Notes: generated from the letters alone by a model not told the origin. Positions 1 to 10,092 are shown, counted from the first letter of the stretch. The stretch: 41,318 nt of DNA from Bdellovibrionales bacterium (GCA_037969255.1 JBBKXB010000021.1:1-41318); one strand, 5' to 3'. Numbers and translations: made by a program.

Positions 1-218
1 GTGTAAGATTTCACAGAACCTTTTTCTATGAAATAAACATAGTCCGCCACCGAACCTTCCATAAAAATTACGCCGTTTTTGCTGATGGTGACAACACTGC
101 ATGCCTCAAAATATCGTTCTTGTTCTATTTTGGGATAAATACTTAAAAATTTTGAAAACGATGATGGCTTCTGCGCGCTCAGGCCAGAATGGTATTTTTT
201 TATGTCAACGTGATCCAC
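1..218 (-). CDS. Crp/Fnr-family (cNMP-binding domain) protein, 5' part only; runs off window
   Basis: Not in the ORF track. My manual translation from GTG at 218 (RBS GAGGTG upstream) gives MDHVDIKKY...CSVVTISKNGVIFMEGSVADYVYFIEKGSVKSY, matching the IFxEG...YFIxxGxV pattern of cNMP-binding domains. Confidence 0.75.
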   Translation of the reverse strand, partial: MDHVDIKKYHSGLSAQKPSSFSKFLSIYPKIEQERYFEACSVVTISKNGVIFMEGSVADYVYFIEKGSVKSY

Positions 219-279
219 GTCACACCTCTATTTCCTTGATTTCAGTTATTATAAAGAAACAAAAATAATAAGAAAAGGA

Positions 280-1104
280 ATGTATATGGCTGTATTGAAA
301 AATCCTGCTCACACCAGTGCCCTTGGCATGACATTATCGGCAACGCATGACAGTTTTATCAATCAAAAGGATACAATTGCCCAAACTATTGAAAATGGAA
401 TTGGCTCTGATATTGGTATGACTGGTTTCGGCCCTTTATTATATGCCACATCTTTGACTGGATCCATTTTAGGCCACATATTCCCAAAGATAAAATTAAA
501 CCCATTCGCAAAACCAGAGAGAATATCATATGTTATGGCCGCTGGCGCGACATGTAATTTATTTGAAAATATTGCCAGCTTTATTCAAGCTCCGTCTGCC
601 ATTCTTGCAAGCTGGGGACTATATTGGAGTCTTGCAACATATGTTCATATACGAATGGCAATCTTTGATAAAAATTGTAAAAAACCAACCATTAAAGACG
701 ATAGTCCTCTCTTGACCACTGCGCTCTTCCCTGGAAATGTTTTCATACCCATGAACGCAACATTGGCCTGTATTCCATTATTTATTGCTGGTGGAACACC
801 TATTACCATAGGCGCAGCTGCAATTTCATTGGGCGTGTGTGCGCTCGGTGCTTTATATCAATATAAACAAAATAAACGTTACCAAAGCGGTGATATAGCG
901 ATAAATCAAATCAATGATGGGCGCGTTAATGAACTTAATATAGGTGTGTGTTTCACAAATGCGATTGCATTCGGGTTGGCAGGTGCGCCAATAATGGCTT
1001 TATCGATGACCGCGTTTCTAGCAACCAACCTTTTATTCCGCAATATGCTCAAGGGTAACAGAGCGCCAAAGCCCTTGAAACCAACAACATTCTCACTCTC
1101 TTAA
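280..1104 (+). CDS. Orphan multi-pass membrane protein (274 aa)
   Basis: Long AT-rich ORF with AAGGA RBS and several hydrophobic Gly/Ala-rich segments; no family recognised. Confidence 0.7.
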   Translation: MYMAVLKNPAHTSALGMTLSATHDSFINQKDTIAQTIENGIGSDIGMTGFGPLLYATSLTGSILGHIFPKIKLNPFAKPERISYVMAAGATCNLFENIASFIQAPSAILASWGLYWSLATYVHIRMAIFDKNCKKPTIKDDSPLLTTALFPGNVFIPMNATLACIPLFIAGGTPITIGAAAISLGVCALGALYQYKQNKRYQSGDIAINQINDGRVNELNIGVCFTNAIAFGLAGAPIMALSMTAFLATNLLFRNMLKGNRAPKPLKPTTFSLS

Positions 1105-1140
1105 AAAATAAAAAACCCCGCGTTTGACGGCGGGGTGTTT
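1103..1140 (-). terminator. Intrinsic terminator of rpmI-rplT (possibly bidirectional)
   Basis: Stem ACCCCGC(1115-1121)/GCGGGGT(1130-1136) with an A-tract on its left (U-tract on the minus strand), between convergent genes. Confidence 0.75.
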
Positions 1141-1203
1141 CATATGTCGGCTCATCCGATCAACTGATGTGTTCAGGGATAAACCCCGATCAATTCTTTT
1201 TAA

Positions 1204-1605
1204 TTAAGCTGCTTTTTTGGTTTCAACTTTCGAAGTTTCTTTTTCAGCTTTTTCCAATGCTTTTTTCGCTTGTTCAACGATCACGGCAAAGGCCGCGGCG
1301 TTGTTCATCGCCAAATCAGCCATGATCTTACGATCAACAACCACGCCAGCTTTGGTACAGCCATTCATGAATGTCGCATACGTCATGCCTTGTTGGCGCA
1401 CAGCCGCATTGATACGTTGAATCCATAAAGCGCGGAAGTTACGTTTTTTCGTACGGCGATCACGGTAAGCATATTGCAGACCTTTTTCGACTTTTTGAAT
1501 CGCAACGCGGAAACAGGTGGACGCTCTACCGCGATAGCCTTTGGCCATCTTGAGAACTTTTTTATGACGAGCGCGTTTCGATGCGCCCCCTTTGGTACGT
1601 GCCAT
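1204..1605 (-). CDS. rplT: 50S ribosomal protein L20
   Basis: MARTKGG...[17 protein letters not shown]...[23 protein letters not shown] signature. Confidence 0.98.
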   Translation of the reverse strand: MARTKGGASKRARHKKVLKMAKGYRGRASTCFRVAIQKVEKGLQYAYRDRRTKKRNFRALWIQRINAAVRQQGMTYATFMNGCTKAGVVVDRKIMADLAMNNAAAFAVIVEQAKKALEKAEKETSKVETKKAA

Positions 1606-1609
1606 TTTA

Positions 1610-1876
1610 TTAAGCCTCCGTATTCGTTTTGTTTAATTTTTTAGCGTCGTTACGCAATGTGCGTTGACGGCGTTTTTTAGCATACGGCAACAAATAATTC
1701 ATCACGCGTACAACATCTTTCGTGTCCATAAGGCGTGTGCCCTTGGCTTTACGTTTCATGCTTTTTGGTTTGCTAATCAATCTGTGACGTGAGTGCGCAG
1801 GTTTAACTTTAAGTTTACCTTTACCCGTCACAAAGAATCTCTTCTTCGCAGAAGAATGGGTCTTTAGTTTCGGCAT
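1610..1876 (-). CDS. rpmI: 50S ribosomal protein L35 (with C-terminal extension)
   Basis: [21 protein letters not shown] signature; directly upstream of rplT. Confidence 0.96.
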   Translation of the reverse strand: MPKLKTHSSAKKRFFVTGKGKLKVKPAHSRHRLISKPKSMKRKAKGTRLMDTKDVVRVMNYLLPYAKKRRQRTLRNDAKKLNKTNTEA

Positions 1877-2037
1877 TTTGATCTCCTAAATTATAGGGTT
1901 TATATATGCGGACGAGGCATGCCATTAGCCAGCCCGCGGACTTAGATAGGTTTGATATCATAGCCTCGCCACATAAGTCAAACATATTGTGGATAAAGAT
2001 ACTTTGATTAAATCTAATATTATTGATAAAATAAATT

Positions 2038-2994
2038 ATGAACCTAAATTTCGGCATTATTGGCACGGGGAGTATTGCAGATGGTGCCCATGCACCCGCC
2101 CTAAAATCATTAGCAGACTCAACCTTGCATAGCGTCTATAGCGAATCTGATAAACGAGGGAAAGACTTCAAAATCAAGCATGGAGCAATGATAAGTTATA
2201 CTAATATGCACGATTTTCTAAATGATGGAGATTTAGATGCAGTCATTATTGCTAGTCCAGACAATCTTCACGCGACACAAATCATTCAATGCGCTGAAGC
2301 TGGAAAACACATTTTAGTTGAAAAGCCTATGGCTGTAACTGAACAAGAATGTATTGTAATTAAGAATGCTTGTGAGAAAAATAATGTCAAATTAGCCGTT
2401 GGATTCAATCTGCGTTGGCATAGTGGTCATCAATTATTACATGATAAAATATGCAATGCTCAGGCTATCGGCGAGTTTCGCCATATGCGTCTGCATTATA
2501 CATTCCAGCAAAAAGATGCCTCCAATTGGCGAGCCACCAAAGAATTGGGAACATGGTGGTCTTTGGCGGCAACTGGCGCGCACTGCTTTGATTTGGCGTT
2601 TTGGTTTGCAGGCAAAAATCGACGTGTGGTGGAGCGCTCAAGCCTTATCAATAATAAGATATGGAATGGTGCCCATGATGATAGTGCAACCGCATGTTTA
2701 TTATTTGATGACGGACTAACAGTTGAAATTCATTCATCTGTATTATACGCCTCGACATCGCGTTTCGAAATATACGGAACAAATGGTTCAGCTATTTGCG
2801 ATGATACGCTAAACCGAAAAGGTTCAGGCTCCATTTTTATAAACGATAGGAAAATGGCATATTCGCCGGTTAATACGTATGAAGCGCAGATTAAAAACTT
2901 TATAAATACCATTCAAAATCCTGATATTTCTAATCCTGTTGATTATAATACAGGAGCGATAGTTACAAGGGAATTGTTACTATCCGCAAGTTAA
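2038..2994 (+). CDS. Gfo/Idh/MocA family oxidoreductase
   Basis: GIIGTGSIA Rossmann motif, DAVIIASPDNLH, AGKHILVEKPMA, VGFNLRW. Confidence 0.92.
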   Translation: MNLNFGIIGTGSIADGAHAPALKSLADSTLHSVYSESDKRGKDFKIKHGAMISYTNMHDFLNDGDLDAVIIASPDNLHATQIIQCAEAGKHILVEKPMAVTEQECIVIKNACEKNNVKLAVGFNLRWHSGHQLLHDKICNAQAIGEFRHMRLHYTFQQKDASNWRATKELGTWWSLAATGAHCFDLAFWFAGKNRRVVERSSLINNKIWNGAHDDSATACLLFDDGLTVEIHSSVLYASTSRFEIYGTNGSAICDDTLNRKGSGSIFINDRKMAYSPVNTYEAQIKNFINTIQNPDISNPVDYNTGAIVTRELLLSAS

Positions 2995-3016
2995 TATATT
3001 TGCATAATACGTATTT

Positions 3017-3625
3017 ATGTGCTTTATGGTTTCTATGATTAATAATGTTGCAACCTCCCAAGATTTCTCTATAGCACGCTCACAGTTTCGCGCGGGTGAG
3101 AATGAACCATTAAAATTTGATGGCGTGGGCATTTCAGAGTTAAAAACATTTTTGCTTGTTGGCGCGTTATTAAACGATAAAGGCGCTCTATCGCGAAACG
3201 ATGAGGCATTTTTGTACGCCTTTATGAGAACCTGTATTGAGCTTGGCTTTAGCGTGAGCTCTAAACATAAAATTAACGTTTGCACGATTCCTGATCATGA
3301 TTTTCTTTGGTCTGAAAATGATGGCGTCGATGCCGTTCTCTTCTGTAATATATTCAATTGTTCTCACACCACCTTAGAACAAATCGCTTCGGAGACTGAA
3401 CCCCTTTTATTGCAAAGCGAAGCGTGTAATGTCTCCAATGTTTGGAGCAACGCACTTGAAAATACGGGCGCATGCATTGCAGGTAATGTTAATGGGTCGG
3501 TCACTCTGGCAACAGAAAAACTTACAGAAACAAAATGCTTCTTAAAAGTAAAACTCCCGCAGCGCGTTGATATCCAATCTTATGATCTCGATATTGTGGC
3601 AAAACCGAACCTTAGGCTGAGTTAA
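3017..3625 (+). CDS. Orphan hypothetical protein (202 aa)
   Basis: Fills the gap between the oxidoreductase and secB and overlaps the secB stop by 4 nt; start uncertain; no recognised motif. Confidence 0.55.
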   Translation: MCFMVSMINNVATSQDFSIARSQFRAGENEPLKFDGVGISELKTFLLVGALLNDKGALSRNDEAFLYAFMRTCIELGFSVSSKHKINVCTIPDHDFLWSENDGVDAVLFCNIFNCSHTTLEQIASETEPLLLQSEACNVSNVWSNALENTGACIAGNVNGSVTLATEKLTETKCFLKVKLPQRVDIQSYDLDIVAKPNLRLS

Positions 3626-4122
3626 GCGTTACCCGCGACTTCTTGATTTTGTTGGTTCAAATACTGATCCCGATACAACTTTTCAAACGATACTGGCGTT
3701 AACATTAATGGCGGAAAACCACTGTTTTGTGTCACTTCAGCAACAATTTGACGTACGAATGGGAAGGCTAATTTTGGCCCTTCGATCATCAATAACGGGT
3801 GATGGTTTTTCTTCGGTATGCTCTCGGCTATGGTAATGAAAAGCCCATAAGACAAATTAAGCGCGAACAATTCTTCGCCCTCTTCTGTTTTAGCTGATGC
3901 CTCGACACTAAGAACGATCTCGTATGGTTGCCCAGGGACGCCTTCTAAATCTTTAAATTCTTTGCCATCCATGTTGATGTTCACGGATATTTTTGGCGAG
4001 ATACCAGGCGCTAAGGACAATGGCGCACCAGGTGAGACATGGCTCAAGCTTTTGATATATTGGGTGTGCACCATAATAGGTGATACTTGTTCGGCTTCTG
4101 TTTTTTTATTTTCTGTTGTCAT
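3622..4122 (-). CDS. secB: Protein-export chaperone SecB
   Basis: QYIKSLS..P.AP, LMIEGPKLAFPFVRQIVAEVTQNSGFPPLMLTPVSFEKLY; divergent from tim44 as in other alphaproteobacteria. Confidence 0.93.
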   Translation of the reverse strand: MTTENKKTEAEQVSPIMVHTQYIKSLSHVSPGAPLSLAPGISPKISVNINMDGKEFKDLEGVPGQPYEIVLSVEASAKTEEGEELFALNLSYGLFITIAESIPKKNHHPLLMIEGPKLAFPFVRQIVAEVTQNSGFPPLMLTPVSFEKLYRDQYLNQQNQEVAGNA

Positions 4123-4178
4123 ACATTATTACTTAACGCCTCTTTACTTGTTCGTCTAGAGGCACCATTCTAATAAAC

Positions 4179-4874
4179 ATGTTACCTATGGATTTGATTA
4201 TATACGCTGGTGTCGCTGCGGCACTCTTTTTTATGCTGTTTCGTATGCTTGGAACGAATGCCGATGAGGGGCCCGTCAAACGCAATCCGTTTGTCGATGC
4301 ACCTGAAGAGGTTAAGCCCAAGACCAATACGAGAGGCGAAACCGTGGTTAAAGCAACTGAAGTTCACACGCCGCCTCACATGACAATCGATGAATCATCG
4401 TCTGTCCAACAAACGCTCTTTCAAATGGCCATCATTGATAAAAACTTTGATGCGGGGCAATTTGTCTCTAATGCCAAAGAAGCCTATCGCATTGTGGTTG
4501 AAAGCTTTGCCGATGGTGATAAGAGCACGTTAGAAGATTTACTCGCCCCCCATGTTTATGAGGCTTTTGAAGAGGCTATCAACGCGCGGGACAAAGCGGG
4601 CGAGACCATGGACAATGAAATCCGATCTATCAGCAATGCCGACATCACCAGCGCCGTTTTAGATAAGAAAAACAACGCCACAGTGCGCGTGAAATTCACC
4701 TCGCAACAAGTCCGCGTCATTAAAGACAAAAATGGTGTGATCCTTGATGGCAATGAGAATTACGCGACCACATTGGTCGATGAATGGTCATTCGCAAAAG
4801 ATTTGAAAAATTCTGACCCGCGCTGGATGGTGAGTGAAACCGAAGATGGCGATCCGAGCGATGGCCCTGTATAA
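4179..4874 (+). CDS. Tim44/TimA family protein
   Basis: N-terminal TM, then FDAGQFVSNAKEAYRIVVESFADGD...DEWSFAKD...DPRWMV; secB-tim44-mltA synteny. Start may be 4188. Confidence 0.92.
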   Translation: MLPMDLIIYAGVAAALFFMLFRMLGTNADEGPVKRNPFVDAPEEVKPKTNTRGETVVKATEVHTPPHMTIDESSSVQQTLFQMAIIDKNFDAGQFVSNAKEAYRIVVESFADGDKSTLEDLLAPHVYEAFEEAINARDKAGETMDNEIRSISNADITSAVLDKKNNATVRVKFTSQQVRVIKDKNGVILDGNENYATTLVDEWSFAKDLKNSDPRWMVSETEDGDPSDGPV

Positions 4875-6015
4875 AATCGTTCTGACAACAGCGTTGCTCG
4901 GCTTAACAGCTTGTTCCAATACCTTGCTTGATAATCCTGTTGATATGCCTGTGAGTACCCTTGGGGACAAAGCTGTGATCAAAAAAGTATCTTTTGATGA
5001 TCTCCCCAATTGGGAAAATGATGATCTCAATGCATTATGGCCTGCATGGCAAAAAAGTTGCGAGGTCATTCAAAAACGTTCTCCACAGGTTGACCTTGGC
5101 GCTGATCCACAATGGGGAAAAGTGAGCGATTGGCAGTCCGAGTGCGAAGCTTCAAAAGCATTCGCGGCCAATCCACGCGGATTTTTTGAAACACGTTTTA
5201 CACCCCTTTCCATCACATCATCCACATCTTTATTCACAGGTTACTATGAGGCCTCACTCGCTGGGTCACCTGTTAAAACCATGCGCTATCAAACACCGAT
5301 ATACGGAATACCGAGTGATTTTGTGACCGCCAATCTCGTTGATTTTTCTGATAAATATGATGGGAAAACCGTTTTAAAAGGCCGTGTAAAAGGTAACAAA
5401 TTTGTACCTTATGCAAACCGCAGCGAAATAGAAAGCGCGCCACTTGATGCACCCATCATTGCCTATGTCGAAGACCCCATTGGTTTGTTTTTCATGCACA
5501 TCCAAGGCTCGGGGCGTATTCATTTTGAAAATGGTCAATCCATTCGCGTGGGCTATGCCGAACAAAACGGACATGATTATGTGGCGATTGGTAAAGTCCT
5601 TAAAGAACGCGGAGATCTAACCGATGTGTCCTTGCAAACCATCAAGGCATGGATGGCGAATAATCCTGATAAATCCCAAGCGCTGATGAATGAAAATCCA
5701 TCGTTTATATTCTTTAGAAAACTGGATAACGGAGATGGGCCAATCGGCGCGCAAAACATCGCGCTCACACCGATGCGTTCTATTGCGATTGATAAATCAA
5801 AATATGCGTATGGGTTACCATTTTATGTTGAAACAACCGAGCCAGCATTAACGCGTCTCATGATCGCACAAGACACGGGCGGGGCGATTAAGGGTAATGT
5901 CCGCGCTGATATCTTTTGGGGCTATGGGGCAGAGGCCGAAGACAAAGCAGGCATCATGCAATCACGCGGACGTTATTGGGCTTTGATCCCGAATTCAATT
6001 GTCTCTAATTTCTGA
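4861..6015 (+). CDS. mltA: Membrane-bound lytic murein transglycosylase A (lipoprotein)
   Basis: Lipobox GLTAC after ATG 4861; FTGYYE, HIQGSG, QDTGGAIKG...DIFWG.G motifs. Confidence 0.95.
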   Translation: MALYKIVLTTALLGLTACSNTLLDNPVDMPVSTLGDKAVIKKVSFDDLPNWENDDLNALWPAWQKSCEVIQKRSPQVDLGADPQWGKVSDWQSECEASKAFAANPRGFFETRFTPLSITSSTSLFTGYYEASLAGSPVKTMRYQTPIYGIPSDFVTANLVDFSDKYDGKTVLKGRVKGNKFVPYANRSEIESAPLDAPIIAYVEDPIGLFFMHIQGSGRIHFENGQSIRVGYAEQNGHDYVAIGKVLKERGDLTDVSLQTIKAWMANNPDKSQALMNENPSFIFFRKLDNGDGPIGAQNIALTPMRSIAIDKSKYAYGLPFYVETTEPALTRLMIAQDTGGAIKGNVRADIFWGYGAEAEDKAGIMQSRGRYWALIPNSIVSNF

Positions 6016-7106
6016 AATGATCGTGCGTAGAAATACGCGAACACGCACAGTCCGAGCCAGTCATTTTGCCACACGCCATATGATAATGATCCAATGATGA
6101 ACAATCCAACTAATGTCACAATCATGATCGGCGAGGTGGCGGTGCGGAACAATTGAAACCAAACAAATGCCAATCCCAGAGCGCCCATGACACCAAACTC
6201 GACCCAAACTTGGATCGCCATATTATGCGGATGCAATGTTTTTTCATCGGCGATAAACACATGGCTGATAGGCAGTTCTATAAATCTAGTCACATCATAC
6301 CCCCAACCATACCCCCAGTTTTGTACAATGATGCTTGATAACCCATGCCATATTTCAATACGTCCGCCCGTTGACGGATTATTTAAGATGCCAATCGATT
6401 GCACGCTCTCCCAAATAAATGGCATTGCAAATGGCAACGCCACAATAATGACAGGACACATAATCATAAAGAGCATACGCGCCCAGCGCTCAAATTTTGT
6501 CACCACATACAATAAAGGTAGTGATAAAAGTGCGACCAGAAGTGCCGCTGTCGCCTGAGAATAAAAAAGAACCCCGCATAACATTATATATAAAATTATC
6601 GCATTACGGTTTTTGTCACGCTCCATATGAAATGCCATTGTGGCGATGGCCAAAATCGCGATGATCACGAACATGCGATTATAATCCGCCCATTCAATAT
6701 TGAAATAAGGATTAATACTAATGATAAGAAAGATAACCAATACAAACGGTATTATTTTACGCCACATAAAATGGAATGATTTGAAGTAATTGTTAGGCGT
6801 CACAGATAATGTCACAATCATGCCTGCGACCACAAAAAGACCAAGCAATCTTTGCATGAAAAAATCAAGCTGCAGATCAGGAAAAGCCGCCCACGCAATT
6901 GATACAATACCGAATAGACCAAACCATAAAGGTACACACCCCGATATCCACTTCGGCCATTGATTGAAGTTACGATAACGCCACACAGCAAGTCCCATGA
7001 TAAGTGGCCAACCCGCCAAAATCTTTGGTGCAATCAGAAATAAAAATGGGGCGATAATCCAAAGGACCATCACCCACATATTTTTAAAATTAAATAAATT
7101 CAGCAA
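5973..7106 (-). CDS. O-antigen ligase (WaaL/Wzy_C) family membrane protein
   Basis: Polytopic; GRIEIW...GWGY...LHPHNMAIQVWVEFGVMG motif. Overlaps the mltA 3' end by 43 nt. Confidence 0.85.
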   Translation of the reverse strand: MLNLFNFKNMWVMVLWIIAPFLFLIAPKILAGWPLIMGLAVWRYRNFNQWPKWISGCVPLWFGLFGIVSIAWAAFPDLQLDFFMQRLLGLFVVAGMIVTLSVTPNNYFKSFHFMWRKIIPFVLVIFLIISINPYFNIEWADYNRMFVIIAILAIATMAFHMERDKNRNAIILYIMLCGVLFYSQATAALLVALLSLPLLYVVTKFERWARMLFMIMCPVIIVALPFAMPFIWESVQSIGILNNPSTGGRIEIWHGLSSIIVQNWGYGWGYDVTRFIELPISHVFIADEKTLHPHNMAIQVWVEFGVMGALGLAFVWFQLFRTATSPIMIVTLVGLFIIGSLSYGVWQNDWLGLCVFAYFYARSFQKLETIEFGIKAQ

Positions 7107-7661
7107 TTATTTTTTAGCTGTTTTTTTCGTGGTTTTCTTAGCCACTTTTTTCTTTGCTGGTGCCTTCTTTTTAACAGGCGCTTTTTTAGCAACAACTTTG
7201 GTTGTCGCTGGTTTAGCAGTAGCTGATTTCCCGCCTTTTAAAAGGTCACGGATTTCGCTCAAAAGAACAACATCGGCGGCAGGTGCTGCTGGTTTTTTAG
7301 CATCTTCTTTGGCTTGCTCTTGCTTCATTTTATTGATGCCGCGCACCATAGTGAAAATCACCAAAGCCACGATCAAGAATTGGATAACAGCATTCACGAA
7401 TAAACCATAAGCCATAACAGGTGCACCGGCTTCTTTGGCCGCTTCTAATGTCACGTAATTAATGCCATCAAGTGATAGGAACATGTTGGAAAAATCCATA
7501 CCGCCCATAAGCACACCAATAGGTGGCATAATAACATCTGATACCATTGATGTTACGATCGCTGTGAACGCCGCACCAATGATAATACCAACGGCCATAT
7601 CAACCACGTTACCGCGGCTTATAAAGGCCTTAAATTCTTGTCCAAAACTTGTGTTCGCCAT
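7107..7661 (-). CDS. mscL: Large-conductance mechanosensitive channel with Lys/Ala-rich C-terminal tail
   Basis: [24 protein letters not shown]...[13 protein letters not shown]...LLSEIRDLL; GGAG RBS before ATG 7661. Confidence 0.96.
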   Translation of the reverse strand: MANTSFGQEFKAFISRGNVVDMAVGIIIGAAFTAIVTSMVSDVIMPPIGVLMGGMDFSNMFLSLDGINYVTLEAAKEAGAPVMAYGLFVNAVIQFLIVALVIFTMVRGINKMKQEQAKEDAKKPAAPAADVVLLSEIRDLLKGGKSATAKPATTKVVAKKAPVKKKAPAKKKVAKKTTKKTAKK

Positions 7662-7762
7662 GTTCTTTTTCTCCATACTTTAAAAAGGTTAAATTATTAA
7701 ATAAGAGAAAATTGTGTCAGGTTTTATGATTCGGGTCAATCAGTCCGCACTATAACCAAGTA

Positions 7763-8326
7763 CTAGTTCAGTATTTTATAGTAATAATGGCCTTTTACCA
7801 TGTCATCATTAACCTTGGCATAGGCAGGGTGAATACCCATCAACGTGTACCCTTGACCTTCATACAACTTAATCGCCGCACTCATGGTTTCGCGCACATC
7901 CAAATTTATAACTTCATATCCTTCATCGCGTGCAATGGCTTCACCCTCTAATAAAAGAGCTTTGGCTATCCCAGATTTACGAGCCCAAGGTGCGGTGAAA
8001 TGATGAGCAAATTGTACGGATGTTCTTTGCGCTTCATTATTCAATTGTGGGCGAATAATTTGCAAAGCGCCCGCAATCACACCCTCTAATCGCGCCACCA
8101 ATAAAATACGATTGGGCACAGCGTTCACACCTTGCCAGTATCGCTCCATAGCCTGGCGCTCTGGCATCTTAACCCATCCAAATCCACCGCCCGCCAATAT
8201 GGCGCTATCGGCGGCATCGCACAGATCATTAAGATCGGATATTTTGAGTTTAGACGTGATCCGCTCAACGCGAATATCGCGGAATATTTTTGATTTTTCG
8301 GGGGCTTTCATAACGCTTTGGTTCAT
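7763..8326 (-). CDS. GNAT family N-acetyltransferase
   Basis: APWARKSGIAKALL acetyl-CoA motif and LDVRET..AAIKLYE..GY. Confidence 0.9.
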   Translation of the reverse strand: MNQSVMKAPEKSKIFRDIRVERITSKLKISDLNDLCDAADSAILAGGGFGWVKMPERQAMERYWQGVNAVPNRILLVARLEGVIAGALQIIRPQLNNEAQRTSVQFAHHFTAPWARKSGIAKALLLEGEAIARDEGYEVINLDVRETMSAAIKLYEGQGYTLMGIHPAYAKVNDDMVKGHYYYKILN

Positions 8327-8374
8327 ACTTTTATTATACCAAAAAATTCTATACAGAGTCTTAATGATAAAGTG

Positions 8375-9520
8375 TTATTTATGCTGCAATGCGGAATGTG
8401 TAGGGTTGTGCGTAACAGCATGATTAATGCCAAGCATAATTTGGCTTGGATCTTTTACGCTGAGTTCAATGGCCAAGGTTCCAATTCTTCGGGGCTTATA
8501 TTTGGTAAATAACCCTTTATAAATTGCAGCACGCACCGCCGTTTCATCCATCACCGCCATGAGATCAGTTGGAGTTTTAAACCGCTCTCTTGCCATGAGC
8601 GCAGCATTAATAACATCGTCATCATGGCGCATAATAAATTTAATTTTTTGCCAAGGAAGTTGGCGTGTATTGGCGCCCGAACGTTGGTTAAATGGATAAA
8701 ATGGCAATCCTAAATGCTGGACATCTATTTCTGGAGAATGCCATTCCATAGAAGATTTTGAATGATGCGCGCCAGATATATTAACCACTTTGACATTAAA
8801 TTCTTCACTTAGAGAATGCGTAGCCTCTTGGGTGAACGGCAAAGAAATCATTAAGGGGATCGGCTCGCTTCGTGTGATATTTTTCCTCTCTCGGCTCGAA
8901 AGTGATCGATGCATGACATTATCAATTAAGGTTTGTACGGACGCTAAATTATCCGCTTTGAGTTCAATGACATCACGTTCATAAAAACAGCCTAAGAATG
9001 AGACATGAACATCAGCCGTCTTATCCAAATCCCATTGAATTCTACGAATAAGTGACGTGGTTTCCACGTAATCTTGGGCTGATTTGATTGAGATGTTGAG
9101 ATAATCTTTGTCGCCACGCTTTTGACGACCAATGGCCTTACCTAAATTTTCATGACGCTTGCCTTTAATAAGCGCTCGCGAGTCCTTTTCGTGCGTTAGC
9201 CCGTCGCCATTAAGATTGAGAATAAGTGATTTACCTTGCGCCACAGCTTCGCGCATATTTATGCGCTGATGCTCAAGACGCTGTAAAGTTGGGATGGGAC
9301 AGTTTTTTTCGTGCTCTTGCCCTGGATTGGTTGCAAAATGTGCAGTGCGCCTTAATACATTACCTTTGGTTTTTGACACTTTTCTGAAATGCATTGAGGC
9401 CTTACCACATGATGGACATTTCATTTGCCCATCGGGTCTATAACCTTTTAGAAATTTTTTTATAGGAATTACGCCACTAAGGTGACCATCTTCTTTTTCT
9501 ATTTTAACAAAGGATGACAT
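8375..9520 (-). CDS. Orphan protein with N-terminal CoiA-like Zn-binding motif
   Basis: 381-aa ORF; CPSC...HF...H...C pattern near the N-terminus; remainder unrecognised. Confidence 0.6.
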   Translation of the reverse strand: MSSFVKIEKEDGHLSGVIPIKKFLKGYRPDGQMKCPSCGKASMHFRKVSKTKGNVLRRTAHFATNPGQEHEKNCPIPTLQRLEHQRINMREAVAQGKSLILNLNGDGLTHEKDSRALIKGKRHENLGKAIGRQKRGDKDYLNISIKSAQDYVETTSLIRRIQWDLDKTADVHVSFLGCFYERDVIELKADNLASVQTLIDNVMHRSLSSRERKNITRSEPIPLMISLPFTQEATHSLSEEFNVKVVNISGAHHSKSSMEWHSPEIDVQHLGLPFYPFNQRSGANTRQLPWQKIKFIMRHDDDVINAALMARERFKTPTDLMAVMDETAVRAAIYKGLFTKYKPRRIGTLAIELSVKDPSQIMLGINHAVTHNPTHSALQHK

Positions 9521-9549
9521 GACCCAGATATTCTACATTATTATGTAAT

Positions 9550-10092
9550 CTATGTCACGCGTTTTCTGCGGAGCAAAATATAGCTTGCGCCCAATCCTCC
9601 ATGCTGAGGTTTGGCAATCGCGTGAGAGAGCACAATAGATGGCACTTCATCGAGCCATTGCGGAAACGTCTTTTTAATTTTCGCCACCCCTGTGATGGAA
9701 CCTTTTCCGTGGATCAAAAGCAAACAACGCCCGCCCGTACCATGTAAATTTTTGAGCGTTGAGAGTAAAACCACGCGCGCATCAGACAAATTATGTCCAT
9801 GCAAATCAAGCGTGTAATCAATATTCAATTGACCCTTTTTCAAGCGCATTAATGTGCGTGTATCAACGTCTTGCGCCTCTGTTTTAGTCTTTTTGATGGA
9901 GGTTTGAATGGGGCGGACAGGCACTTGATTTTGGCTTTTGACATGCACTTTTGGCGCCTCTGTTTCATCCATCATGTCAGAAAAGTCTTGCAGATCATCT
10001 GGAACAATAGCGCGCGCTGCATCAAGGGGCATGATCTTTTTTGTGATCAAACGCCATATCTTCTTGTCCTCTTTGGTTAATGATTTTTTCAT
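9550..10092 (-). CDS. Smr/MutS2 domain protein
   Basis: TLDLHGHN, LLIHGKG, HGGLGASYILLRR. Confidence 0.93.
   Translation of the reverse strand: MKKSLTKEDKKIWRLITKKIMPLDAARAIVPDDLQDFSDMMDETEAPKVHVKSQNQVPVRPIQTSIKKTKTEAQDVDTRTLMRLKKGQLNIDYTLDLHGHNLSDARVVLLSTLKNLHGTGGRCLLLIHGKGSITGVAKIKKTFPQWLDEVPSIVLSHAIAKPQHGGLGASYILLRRKRVT

Noticed and set aside
201-208. Additional TTGACATA on the minus strand
   Set aside because: Lies inside the Crp/Fnr-family CDS (codons V-D-I) with no good -10 box or downstream small gene.
1821-2066. 81-aa ORF upstream of rpmI (infC position)
   Set aside because: No IF-3 similarity, and it overlaps the rpmI and oxidoreductase starts.
6997-7410. 137-aa hydrophobic ORF on the + strand
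   Set aside because: Antisense shadow of the Lys-rich mscL tail (AAA codons read as TTT).
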